From an uncultured Planctomycetota bacterium (GTDB taxonomy: Bacteria; Planctomycetota; Phycisphaerae; Tepidisphaerales; Tepidisphaeraceae), in assembly GCA_963841915.1 (NCBI GenBank), contig CAWJEN010000006.1, positions 608,001 through 672,000 of the forward strand: 64,000 bases of DNA, written 5' to 3'. The position numbers and the translations under genes were made by a program. The notes under the pieces are model-generated. The model did no database searches. It worked only from the letters and a program-made list of their open reading frames with translations, and was not told the DNA's origin. Numbering within the stretch: position 1 is the stretch's first letter; each line of letters starts with the position of its first letter. Of the stretch, positions 48,547-57,526 are shown piece after piece.

Positions 48547-49440
48547 TTATGGAATGACCTTGTTCAGCGGATAGCTGAAGATCTCCGTCGCGCCGGTCCG
48601 CTTGAGTTGCGGGATGAGATCGCGTTCGAGGTGTTCGTCGATGATGACCTCGACCGCGTAGCCGCCGTCGTGGGTTTCGTTGACGGTGGGGCTTTTCAAG
48701 GCCGGCAGCATGGCGACGACGGCGCCGAGGGCTTCCTTCGTCACATTGAGCTTGAGCCCCACCTTGCCGCGGGCGGCGATGGCGCCGGTGAGGAGCATCG
48801 CGATGTTCTCCATCTTTTCGCGTTTCCAGTCGATCTCCCAGGCGGCTTTGCTGGCGATGAAGCGGATCGTGCTCGTCAGCAGCGTGTCGATGATCCGCAG
48901 GTTGTTGGCCCGGATGCTGCTGCCGGTTTCGGTCAGATCGACGATCGCGTCGCAGATGCGGGCTTTGATCTCGGTCGTGCCCCACGAGAATTCGGTGCGC
49001 GGCAGCGGGTCGATGCCCTTGCTCTCGAAGTAGCGGCGGGTCGTGTTGACGATCTCGGTCGCCACGAGCTTGCCGGCGAGGTCTTCGGGCTTCTCGATCG
49101 GCGACTCCTGCGGCACGGCGAGCACCCAACGGGCGGGCTGACGCGTGGCACGGCTGTAGGTGAGCTCGCAAACTTCGACGACGTCGTCGGCGTTGCCGTT
49201 TTCGACGATCCAGTCGTGGCCGGTCAGACCGCAGTCGACGAGGCCGTCGACGACGTAACGGCTCATCTCCTGGGCACGGAAGAGGACGCACGACATCTTC
49301 TCGTCGTCGATGGTGGGAAAGACGCTGCGGTCGCGGGCACGAATGTGGTAGCCGGCCCGGTCAAAAAGCTCGTACGTCGACTTCTGCATCGAGCCTGATG
49401 GCAGGCCGAGGCGGAGGGTATTGAGGGGTAAAACGCTCAC
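48547..49440 (-). CDS. hisG: ATP phosphoribosyltransferase (long form)
   Basis: LGLPSGSMQ, FRAQEM..VDCGLTGHDW, DAIVDLTETGSSIRANNL, C-terminal LPALKSPTV ACT domain. Confidence 0.95.
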   Translation of the reverse strand: MSVLPLNTLRLGLPSGSMQKSTYELFDRAGYHIRARDRSVFPTIDDEKMSCVLFRAQEMSRYVVDGLVDCGLTGHDWIVENGNADDVVEVCELTYSRATRQPARWVLAVPQESPIEKPEDLAGKLVATEIVNTTRRYFESKGIDPLPRTEFSWGTTEIKARICDAIVDLTETGSSIRANNLRIIDTLLTSTIRFIASKAAWEIDWKREKMENIAMLLTGAIAARGKVGLKLNVTKEALGAVVAMLPALKSPTVNETHDGGYAVEVIIDEHLERDLIPQLKRTGATEIFSYPLNKVIP

Positions 49441-49464
49441 GAGCGAAGGTAGGCCATCAGCGAT

Positions 49465-50100
49465 TCAGGATGACGCGCGCACGGCGGCAAAGATCGTGCG
49501 ACAGTCGTCCACCTTTAGATTCTGCTCGCAAAACTTCGCCGTCTCGGCCAGCGTCGCGTCGGCATCGATGGCCTTGTGCTTGAGCAGCAACTGCCGCGCC
49601 GCCTCGTCGATCGGAAGCACGCCAAAGTCACTGGCGAAGAGGGCAACATGTGCTTCGACGTACGCCAGATCTGCGGCCGGCTCGTCGTGGTCGCCGATGA
49701 TGGCACGCCGCATCGCCGGTCGGATCTCTCTGCGGCTCAGGCCGACGACGCGGTCGAGCGTCAGCCGACCCTCGATGTCGAAGATCTGGGACAAGGCGTC
49801 GTGTATGAGCGACGCCCGCTGATCCGACTCGGCCTCGGTGTACTGGTCCGAGAGCAGGTCGACGAGTTCGAGATCGGTGCACGCCCGCAGGTCGTTGAGA
49901 TCGACAAACTCGTCCTCGATGGCGGCCATCGATGCGGCGGCTTTAGACTCGGCGGCGTCGTAGCGAAGGGCACCGAGCACGACGGCCGCCAGTGGCTTGG
50001 GCTTGACGTCGTCGCCGAAGTACGGCTCGATGGGGTGATTCTTTCCGAGCTTGGCGGCGAGGGCCTTGAGCACGGGGGCAAACTTGGCTGCGTTCTTCAT
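49465..50100 (-). CDS. Conserved hypothetical protein, HhH-GPD/endonuclease III-like fold
   Basis: EFVDLNDLRAC..EL motif; coupled to rbfA by ATGA overlap. Confidence 0.6.
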   Translation of the reverse strand: MKNAAKFAPVLKALAAKLGKNHPIEPYFGDDVKPKPLAAVVLGALRYDAAESKAAASMAAIEDEFVDLNDLRACTDLELVDLLSDQYTEAESDQRASLIHDALSQIFDIEGRLTLDRVVGLSRREIRPAMRRAIIGDHDEPAADLAYVEAHVALFASDFGVLPIDEAARQLLLKHKAIDADATLAETAKFCEQNLKVDDCRTIFAAVRASS

Positions 50101-50534
50101 GCGTCCCCCGCCTCCGGTGCGGCGTCGGTGGCTGGTTTCTCCGGAGCCGGCGGCTCGTCGTTGACATTCTCGGCAGGCGGGTCGACCATCTCGTCGGACG
50201 CCTTCTGGATCAACTCCAGCACCGCCACCTCGCGGCGGTACTGCTCGTCAATGTGGAAGCGGAGCAGCGGCACGGTACGGGTGGCCATGGCCTTGCCGAG
50301 CCGTCCGCGGAGCATGCCGGCAGCACTCTTAAACGCCTGCAACGCCGCCGACTGCTTGCCGGGCGTGCCCATGAGCACGAGGTAGACATCAGCCGTCGCC
50401 ATATCTTCGGCGACTTTGACGCGGTTGACGCTGGGCAGAGTGCCGACCAGACGCGGGTCGTTCAGGTCGCGCTGGACCGCCTCCATGATCTCTTGTCGGA
50501 TGGCGCTGCCGAGACGTTCAGTTCTTCGCGACAT
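50097..50534 (-). CDS. rbfA: Ribosome-binding factor A
   Basis: RRTERLGSAIRQEI, LNDPRL, DMATADVY, RTVPLLRFHID. Confidence 0.93.
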   Translation of the reverse strand: MSRRTERLGSAIRQEIMEAVQRDLNDPRLVGTLPSVNRVKVAEDMATADVYLVLMGTPGKQSAALQAFKSAAGMLRGRLGKAMATRTVPLLRFHIDEQYRREVAVLELIQKASDEMVDPPAENVNDEPPAPEKPATDAAPEAGDA

Positions 50535-50581
50535 ACGGACGGGCAGCGTAGGCGCGGCCGGTGGGGAGGAATTGTTGGCGA

Positions 50582-52453
50582 CTATCGCGACGCAGCCAGC
50601 CGTCGACGCAACTCGCCCATCGTCAGCACGGGCGGCAGATCAAGGTCATCCTCCAGCGTCGGCGTGCCATACGTCCGCGCCAGCCGATCGATCTCGCCGC
50701 GATTCACGACGACGATGGCGTCGTCGGCTGCGTCTAGCAATGCGTCACCAAGCCAGGCCGCCAACGCGTCGTCGGCCGGTGGAACGTCGAACACGACCTT
50801 GTAGTGCAGGTCAGCCGCCGGATAGGCAAAGGCCGTGGCGTCGCCGACGAGATAGATGCTCTTCGTGTTGGTCTCATTGATGAGCGGTGTCAGGTACGAG
50901 GCAGGGCCACCGACGCCGAGCAGGATGTGGGTCTGCCGCAGCTTGCCGACGAGGCCGGTTTCTTCGTGCAGGAACAAGGTTGTCCCGAGCCCGACAATGC
51001 CAACAACGCCGGCGACAGCTGCAACGGCCGCCGATCGTTCGCGCACCCACCATGTAACGGCGAGGGCAAGGACCGGAATCAGCACGACCAAAAACCGTCC
51101 GATCTGGTGCGTCGCCAGCGACCAGATTACGAGCATCACGATCATCAGGGCCGCCAACAGCTGCGGGGCGGCAAGGTGCAAGTCGGTCTTTGCGAATTTC
51201 CGCCTGCGAAGGAGCAGAACAGCCAACGCGGCAATGCCGGCCGGTACGAGCAGCCACCCGAAGCGAGCGTTTCCGAGTACTTCAACCCAAACCGCCCGCG
51301 GCAGATTCGACAGCGGCTGGTCGTGGGCGTCGCTGAAGCGGAACATCTGCTCACCCGACCAACCCGCGACGTCGCCGACGAGTGGCGAAAATGGGTTGCC
51401 GTACCACACGACGTTTCGCGCCAGCCAAGGCAGCGCGAACACGAGAGACGCCAAACCGAAGCATGCCGCTGCAATGGACAGTTGTCGAAGGTTCAGACGG
51501 CTGACGAAGACGACGCACAATGCAACGCCTCCGGCTCCGACGAGCATCGGGACGGCTGTGTACTTCGTTGCCACGCCAAGCCCGGCGAAGAGGCCTGCAA
51601 GGGCGACGCTGCTCAAATCCTTCGGCGTTGCGACTGCCCGCAGCAACCACGCGACGACCAGGGCCGTTGCCAACAGGTAGAGCGGCTCGTTGTACGCGAT
51701 GCTCGACAACATGATCGTCCAGGGCGTGCACGCGGAAACTGTCGCAGCACAGGTCGCGGCGAGCGGCGATCCGCCGACGCCGCGAATCGCGCCGTAGCAC
51801 GCCAGGACGAGGCCGACACCGAGACCGACGTTGATGAAGTGCGGGGCGAACGTTGCCTCGAACGGGCCACCGGCTGCGTGCATCGACGCCAGGAACAGCG
51901 TCTCGCTCGCCAACGGCATTCGCGAAAACACGTTGTGCCCGAGCGGCACGATCTGGCCGACCTCGTACCACTCGCGTGGGATCTGCAGGTGGTAGCTCAG
52001 GACGTCATACGCGTTGGGCTCGCCGCCCCACAACACGCCCGGTGGCATGCAGGCGGCAACGAGGGCGATGAGCAGGGCGAGGACCGGCAGCGCCCACAGC
52101 ATGCGGGCGACGCCGGTGACCTTTTTGACCGGTCGCTGCCAGAAATCACTCTGCCGCCAAAGGACGCCGCCGCCCGCCACGCCAGCTGTAGCCAGGATCG
52201 CCAGCACGCTGATGGTGTTGAGCCAGCCCGCAAGGCCGAGTAGAAGCGACGCCGAAACGAACAGCCCGACGCCGACACCCAGCCCGCTTGCGATCAGCAG
52301 CGATCGAGGCGTTCTCGGGGCAAGCGGCTTCAGGAGCGCTGCACCCGCCGCTGTCAGGCACGCAAGCGCAATGGCAACCGGCAGCCCTTCCAACAACAAC
52401 GCCGCGACGATGCGGATAATGGCATCAGTCGCGGCAGGTTCATCTGTCGGCAC
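50582..52453 (-). CDS. Polytopic membrane protein, GT-C/ArnT-like glycosyltransferase
   Basis: More than 12 TM helices; YDVLSYHLQIPREWY, ATKYTA, PWLARN..GNPF. Confidence 0.7.
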   Translation of the reverse strand: MPTDEPAATDAIIRIVAALLLEGLPVAIALACLTAAGAALLKPLAPRTPRSLLIASGLGVGVGLFVSASLLLGLAGWLNTISVLAILATAGVAGGGVLWRQSDFWQRPVKKVTGVARMLWALPVLALLIALVAACMPPGVLWGGEPNAYDVLSYHLQIPREWYEVGQIVPLGHNVFSRMPLASETLFLASMHAAGGPFEATFAPHFINVGLGVGLVLACYGAIRGVGGSPLAATCAATVSACTPWTIMLSSIAYNEPLYLLATALVVAWLLRAVATPKDLSSVALAGLFAGLGVATKYTAVPMLVGAGGVALCVVFVSRLNLRQLSIAAACFGLASLVFALPWLARNVVWYGNPFSPLVGDVAGWSGEQMFRFSDAHDQPLSNLPRAVWVEVLGNARFGWLLVPAGIAALAVLLLRRRKFAKTDLHLAAPQLLAALMIVMLVIWSLATHQIGRFLVVLIPVLALAVTWWVRERSAAVAAVAGVVGIVGLGTTLFLHEETGLVGKLRQTHILLGVGGPASYLTPLINETNTKSIYLVGDATAFAYPAADLHYKVVFDVPPADDALAAWLGDALLDAADDAIVVVNRGEIDRLARTYGTPTLEDDLDLPPVLTMGELRRRLAASR

Positions 52454-52486
52454 GACGGCAGCATAACGCGTCGTCCCACCTGTGAC

Positions 52487-53005
52487 TCAGTAGCTCAAGT
52501 CGTACCGGACATTGGCCAGCTCGCCGGCGAGTTCGAGCTCGACCCGCTCGACCATGATCTCGCGATTGTCGCTTGGAAACGCCCGGCCGTCGGCGTCGAG
52601 CAGCTTGGCGAACTCGATCTTGAGAATCACGCCCGGGTCGGCGTCGTTGAGACGACAGGCGTAGCGGCCGTTGACCCAGACACGGCCGCCGGCCTGCCAG
52701 GTCATGCCGCTGAGGTTGATGAGGTCGAGCCGATCTTTGCCGTGCAGGGCGACGGCCCGGGCGGCGGCATTGCCGACGACGTCGAGCTCGACCGGATACT
52801 CGGCCGGAGGCTGTTGGACCTCGGCGGCGGCGAGCTGGGCCGCTTCGGGCTCATTGCCGGCCATGTCGAACTCGCCAACCTTCATCGAGCAACCACCGGC
52901 CATAACGCCGGCCGCGACGAGCAAAGCTGCCGGTGGATAGGCGTCCCAGGCCAAAGCCAGGATCTTTAGACGGCGTGACGTCGGCTGCTTGGAGGCGGTG
53001 AACAT
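52487..53005 (-). CDS. Hypothetical lipoprotein
   Basis: Hydrophobic segment ending MAGGC (lipobox-like); start uncertain. Confidence 0.6.
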   Translation of the reverse strand: MFTASKQPTSRRLKILALAWDAYPPAALLVAAGVMAGGCSMKVGEFDMAGNEPEAAQLAAAEVQQPPAEYPVELDVVGNAAARAVALHGKDRLDLINLSGMTWQAGGRVWVNGRYACRLNDADPGVILKIEFAKLLDADGRAFPSDNREIMVERVELELAGELANVRYDLSY

Positions 53006-53061
53006 GATGTGCTTATCGGACGCCTCCGCTTCTGAGCATCAGTCGCCGGTAGAGTGCGGGC

Positions 53062-54735
53062 ATGAGCGGCCCGATCGGCAACCTTTGCCTCGTCCTCCAC
53101 GGCCACATGCCGTACGTCCTGCATCACGGCAGCTACCCGCACGGAGAGGCGTGGCTCTTCGAGGCCGCCGCCGAGACGCACCTGCCCATTCTCGACATGA
53201 TCGGCGAGGTCGCCCTCATGCAGAAACGGCCGGCCATCACGATCGGTCTCATGCCGGTGCTCCTCGAGCAACTCGCCCACGATCGCTTCAAGACCGGCTT
53301 CGTCGAGTATCTCAACGGCCGCATCAATAAAGCCGAAGACGACGAAAAAGAGCTCGACGCTGAAGGCGACAAGCATGGCGTCTACCTTGCCCAGCGGTGG
53401 CAGCACTGGTACACGGACCGCCTCGAGCAGTTCGAACGCATCGGCCGCGACATTCCGGGTGAATTCGCCAAGCGGTACCAGGAAGGGCACGTCGAGCTGC
53501 TGACGAGCAATGCCACGCACGGTTACATGCCGCTGATCCTCAACGATCAGATGTTGGCCGCCCAGATGAAGTGCGGCGTCGCCACGAGCGAAAAGCACCT
53601 GGGTAAGAAGCCCAGCGGCATGTGGCTGCCCGAGTGCGCTTACCGCCCGCACTGGCCGCACTGGATGCCGAGCGTCTTGTACGACAACGCCCGCGATCGA
53701 CCGGGTGTCGAAAAGTTCATGGCCGATGAAGGCGTCACGCACTTCTTCGTCGAAAGCCATCTCGTCCAGAACGCAACGCCCCTCGGGCATCGTCACGACG
53801 GCACCTTCTACCCCGGTCCCGGCGGACGCGTCGGGGGCAACGACACCCTCGAGCCCGTCGGCGTCGCCAGCAGCCCGACCGATACGAGCGTCCACGCCTT
53901 TGCCCGCCACCCCAAGGTCAGCGAGCAAGTCTGGAGCGGCTCCATCGGCTACCCGGCCAACGGCAAGTACCTCGAGTTCCACCGCAAACGCGGTGAACGC
54001 GGCCTCCGCTATCACAAGATTACCAGCACCAAGACGCCGCTCAGCGAGAAAGAGCCGTACCACCCCGACGACATTTCGTCGCTCATTCACGAGCACGCCA
54101 GCCACTTCTGCGACACGGTGCGGTCGACGCTCTGGGACTACAACCGCGCAACGGGTCGGCGGGGCACGGTGGTGGCGAGCTTCGACGCCGAGCTGTTCGG
54201 GCACTGGTGGTTCGAGGGGCCACGCTTCCTGCGGGACGTGATCCTCAACCTCGCCGGCGACGACGGCGTGCGACTGGCGACGACGAGCGAGGTGCTCGAA
54301 AGCGACCGCCCCGACAAGGTCATGCGGCTGCCCGAGGGCTCGTGGGGCGAGAATGGCGACCACACGGTCTGGTCAAACGATGAGACGAAGTGGTGGTGGG
54401 AGATCGAGTACCGCGCTGAGGGCGAGTTCCTGAAGCTCCTGCACACCTTGCCGTGGCAGGACAACGCCGAGGTCCGCGGCCTGCTCGAACGAGCCGGCCG
54501 CCAGTTGCTGCTCTTACAGGCCAGCGACTGGGCTTTCGTGATCCATACCGGCGGCGCAGTCGACTACGGCATCCAGCGTTTAGCCGACCACGCCACGAAT
54601 TTCGGCCGCATGTGCCGTATCGCGGGCTCCGTGGCAGGCGGCACGCCGATGAGCGAGCTCGACAAGGTCGAGGTCGCCAACGCCGATGCGCACGACGTGA
54701 TCTTCCAGGAGATCGACCTGAACTGGTGGATGTAG
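53062..54735 (+). CDS. GH57 1,4-alpha-glucan branching enzyme (DUF1957)
   Basis: LVLHGHMPYV, WLFEAAAET, GMWLPECAY, FDAELFGHWWFEGP, LLLLQASDWAF. Confidence 0.93.
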   Translation: MSGPIGNLCLVLHGHMPYVLHHGSYPHGEAWLFEAAAETHLPILDMIGEVALMQKRPAITIGLMPVLLEQLAHDRFKTGFVEYLNGRINKAEDDEKELDAEGDKHGVYLAQRWQHWYTDRLEQFERIGRDIPGEFAKRYQEGHVELLTSNATHGYMPLILNDQMLAAQMKCGVATSEKHLGKKPSGMWLPECAYRPHWPHWMPSVLYDNARDRPGVEKFMADEGVTHFFVESHLVQNATPLGHRHDGTFYPGPGGRVGGNDTLEPVGVASSPTDTSVHAFARHPKVSEQVWSGSIGYPANGKYLEFHRKRGERGLRYHKITSTKTPLSEKEPYHPDDISSLIHEHASHFCDTVRSTLWDYNRATGRRGTVVASFDAELFGHWWFEGPRFLRDVILNLAGDDGVRLATTSEVLESDRPDKVMRLPEGSWGENGDHTVWSNDETKWWWEIEYRAEGEFLKLLHTLPWQDNAEVRGLLERAGRQLLLLQASDWAFVIHTGGAVDYGIQRLADHATNFGRMCRIAGSVAGGTPMSELDKVEVANADAHDVIFQEIDLNWWM

Positions 54736-54762
54736 CGGGCTGCCGTCTGGTAAGATGGTGCG

Positions 54763-55437
54763 ATGTCCGCAACGTTGATGCCAGAGAAGGTAGTAGTTGC
54801 CTCGCCCGAAGAGGCTGACGCGGTCGCGACGGAATCGTTGCATCGCCAAGCCATGACGTGGGAAGAGTTCATCACGGATGCGAACCTGCCGCATCATCAC
54901 TACGAGTACGTCGAAGGCCATGCCGTCGAGATGCCGATGGTCACGAAGAATCACACGTCGTTACGCTCTTGGCTTCTCATGTGTGGCGGCCTGTTCAAAG
55001 GCATGAATACCTATGCAGGATGCGACGGCGAGCCCTACAAGGTTCGCACGCCAGCAGGCAATGCCCGCGCTCCCGATGTCTTCTTCTGGAACCACGAACA
55101 GGACAAGAAGGCGGTCGACCACGTGGTCGAGGGCCCGGTCGACCTCGTCATCGAGATTCTCAGCCCATCAACGTACTCCGACGACTACGGCCCAAAGCTC
55201 CGCGAGTACCAAGCCGCCGGCTGTCGCGAATATTGGATCCTCGACCCGCTCAACACGATCGCCAACGACTACTTCGAACTGGTCGACGGCAAGTACCGCC
55301 CGTTCCTCCCCGACTTCGAGGGCGACCGCCAGATCATCCGCTCACGAAGCGTGAGCGGCTTGTGGTTCGATGTGGTGTGGTTCGTCAACCAGCCGCCGGT
55401 GACCGAAGTGCTCAGGGCGTGGCAGGAAGCGGCCTAA
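54763..55437 (+). CDS. Uma2 (DUF820) family endonuclease
   Basis: YEYVEG, RAPDVFF, DLVIEILSPST..KLREYQAAGCREYWILDP. Confidence 0.92.
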   Translation: MSATLMPEKVVVASPEEADAVATESLHRQAMTWEEFITDANLPHHHYEYVEGHAVEMPMVTKNHTSLRSWLLMCGGLFKGMNTYAGCDGEPYKVRTPAGNARAPDVFFWNHEQDKKAVDHVVEGPVDLVIEILSPSTYSDDYGPKLREYQAAGCREYWILDPLNTIANDYFELVDGKYRPFLPDFEGDRQIIRSRSVSGLWFDVVWFVNQPPVTEVLRAWQEAA

Positions 55438-55610
55438 CAACTTCGAAGTTCTCCTTTGGCACGAGGCTGCGGGCAAGGCGATGAGCGAGCTCGGTTATGC
55501 TGAGTTCGGCAACGCCAACTTGAGCGACGTCATCTTCAAGATCAATGACTGAGTTGCTGGATGCGGAGCTTGGATGCGACTGCGCCGCCGAGCAATGTCT
55601 ACTGGCCTGA

Positions 55611-56402
55611 TCACGCCGCGTCGTCGAGCCGTTCGACGCTGACGTCCATCTGCTGCATCGAAGCCGGGCCCCATTGGCTGATGAGGGCGACGTCGGCGGC
55701 GTCGCGGCCGTAGGCGACGACGACGCGGCCGCCTCTGGGCCGGCTTTGCGTCGCGTCGAAGGTGTACCAGCGGCCGTTGATGTAGACCTCGTACCAAGCG
55801 TGCTGGTCCATCGGGTCCAGCTCGTGCAGATAGCCGACGACCATGCGGGCCGGCATGTTGAGCGCACGGCTCAGCGCGATGCCGACGTGCGAAAAGTCGC
55901 GGCAAACGCCTTGCTTCTGCTTGATGGTTTCGGCGGCCGAGGTGGTGGCGTCGCTCGTGCCGTACTCGTACTTGAAGTTGGCGTGGATCCACGCCCGGAT
56001 GGCCTCTGCCTGGTCGTAGCCAGGTGCTTTGCCGCTGGCGACGTCCAAGGCGGCTCCACGGAGTTCGTCTGACTCGCAGTACCGACTCGGCAGCGTCAGC
56101 GGCAGGGTGTAATCGGGCAGGTCCTGCGGGTATGTCGCCCAGGCACCCGGAGCCGTATCAATTTCTTCGGCAACGGTGACCTCCGTTTCGACCTCGATCT
56201 CGAAGGTTCCCTGTGGTGCCGTCAGTCGCTGGCAGAGGTTGCCGTTGGTGTCGGAGAACTCGGTGGCAGGTGCGAACGGCCGGAGGTCGAAGCGGGTGGC
56301 GTGTACCCATTGACCGGCCCCGGAGCGTGGCCTGAGGATGAGCATCATCGGCGTCGGTTGTTCGACGTCGAGGCGGATGAGCGTGTGCGTGCGGAGCTTC
56401 AT
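55611..56402 (-). CDS. Transglutaminase family protein
   Basis: PSRYCESD, GVCRDFSHVGIALSRALNMPARMVVGY, HAWYEV..WYTFDAT, GRDAADV. Confidence 0.92.
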   Translation of the reverse strand: MKLRTHTLIRLDVEQPTPMMLILRPRSGAGQWVHATRFDLRPFAPATEFSDTNGNLCQRLTAPQGTFEIEVETEVTVAEEIDTAPGAWATYPQDLPDYTLPLTLPSRYCESDELRGAALDVASGKAPGYDQAEAIRAWIHANFKYEYGTSDATTSAAETIKQKQGVCRDFSHVGIALSRALNMPARMVVGYLHELDPMDQHAWYEVYINGRWYTFDATQSRPRGGRVVVAYGRDAADVALISQWGPASMQQMDVSVERLDDAA

Positions 56403-56464
56403 TCGGCCGACGCTAAGGCCGAATGATCAACTCAGCAGATCGTTTTTAGAAGCAGCACCTGCCA

Positions 56465-56537
56465 AGCCGCCACTCGGACTTGAACCGAGAACCTTCGCTT
56501 TACAAAAGCGGTGCTCTGCCAATTGAGCTATGGCGGC
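56465..56537 (-). tRNA. tRNA-Thr(TGT)
   Basis: GCCGCCA..TGGCGGC-T acceptor, anticodon loop TT-TGT-AA, T arm CTCGG-TTCAAGT-CCGAG. Confidence 0.92.
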
Positions 56538-56568
56538 GAACGCGGGCAGTTTATCCACCTGCGGTTCC

Positions 56569-57036
56569 TCAGACCAGACCCAGGATCTCCAGCTTCATCG
56601 AGCCGCGCGGGGCCTTGACGGTGACGGTGTCGCCGACGCGGGCCTTCATGAGGGCATCGCCGAGCGGGCTGGCGGCGCTGACGTCCTGGACCTCGCTGTC
56701 GACGGCCGGGGCGGCGGCTTCGCCGACGATGCGGAAGGTCATCTCTTCGTCGTCTCGCAGATCCTTGACCTTCACCGTGCTGCCCAGGAAGACCATGTCG
56801 TCCGGCACGTCGTCGGCATCGGCCACGACCACGTCTTTGAGCTTCTTTGTCAGGTCGCTGATCTCCTTTTCGATCTTGCGATTCTCTTCCTTGGCGAAGT
56901 GGTATTCGGCGTTCTCGCTCAAATCACCGAGCGCGGCGGCGGTGGTGATTCGCCCCTGGACGTCGACCTTGCTCTTGTGGAGGTCGGCAAGCCGGGCATC
57001 AAGCGTGGCCTTTTCTTCGGTGCTGAGGTATTGCAT
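56569..57036 (-). CDS. greA: Transcription elongation factor GreA
   Basis: GDLSENAEYH, VFLGSTV, SAASPLGDALM..GDTVTVKAPRG. Confidence 0.94.
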   Translation of the reverse strand: MQYLSTEEKATLDARLADLHKSKVDVQGRITTAAALGDLSENAEYHFAKEENRKIEKEISDLTKKLKDVVVADADDVPDDMVFLGSTVKVKDLRDDEEMTFRIVGEAAAPAVDSEVQDVSAASPLGDALMKARVGDTVTVKAPRGSMKLEILGLV

Positions 57037-57213
57037 GGCGTGTCTCCGCGGGCATTTGGTGTGGCCCGCCATCAGAGTCGCAGGATGATCGGGTGAACGA
57101 CAAGCCACCGCGTCCGGCCCGTGCCGGTGTCGCGGTGGCGTAGGGGAAGTTTTAGGACAAGCCGCGCGTGATGGCAAGGCGGCGGCGTCCCGCAGCAGGG
57201 GCTACAGTCTGCC

Positions 57214-57492
57214 GTGGCCTTCCACTGTGACATCGTGACGCCTGACCGCGAAACCTTCAGCGGCGAGGTCAAGGGCGTCGTCCTGCCCGCCCACGACGGC
57301 CTCGTCGGTATCCTGACCGGCCGCGCCCCCATGCTCGTCCGCCTCGGTACCGGCAAGCTCACCGCCGACCTGACCACCGGCGGCCAGGAGACCTACACCA
57401 TCTCTGGTGGCGTCGCACAGATGAAGGACAACAAGCTCACGATCCTGACCGAAAAGGCCGAGTCACCGACGGCGGCAGAAGTGAACCCGTGA
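57214..57492 (+). CDS. atpC: F0F1 ATP synthase epsilon subunit (short, N-terminal domain only)
   Basis: CDIVTPDR, LPAHDGLVGILTGRAPML..LGTG, SGGVAQM..LTILTEKA. Confidence 0.88.
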   Translation: MAFHCDIVTPDRETFSGEVKGVVLPAHDGLVGILTGRAPMLVRLGTGKLTADLTTGGQETYTISGGVAQMKDNKLTILTEKAESPTAAEVNP

Positions 57493-57526
57493 CGTCGAAC
57501 GGCCGTGGCAGGCTTAAGCTGCTCGC

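Noticed and set aside
32023..56537. Prophage or integrative element at one of the three tRNAs
   Set aside because: No integrase, phage or conjugation genes, and the flanks are mostly housekeeping
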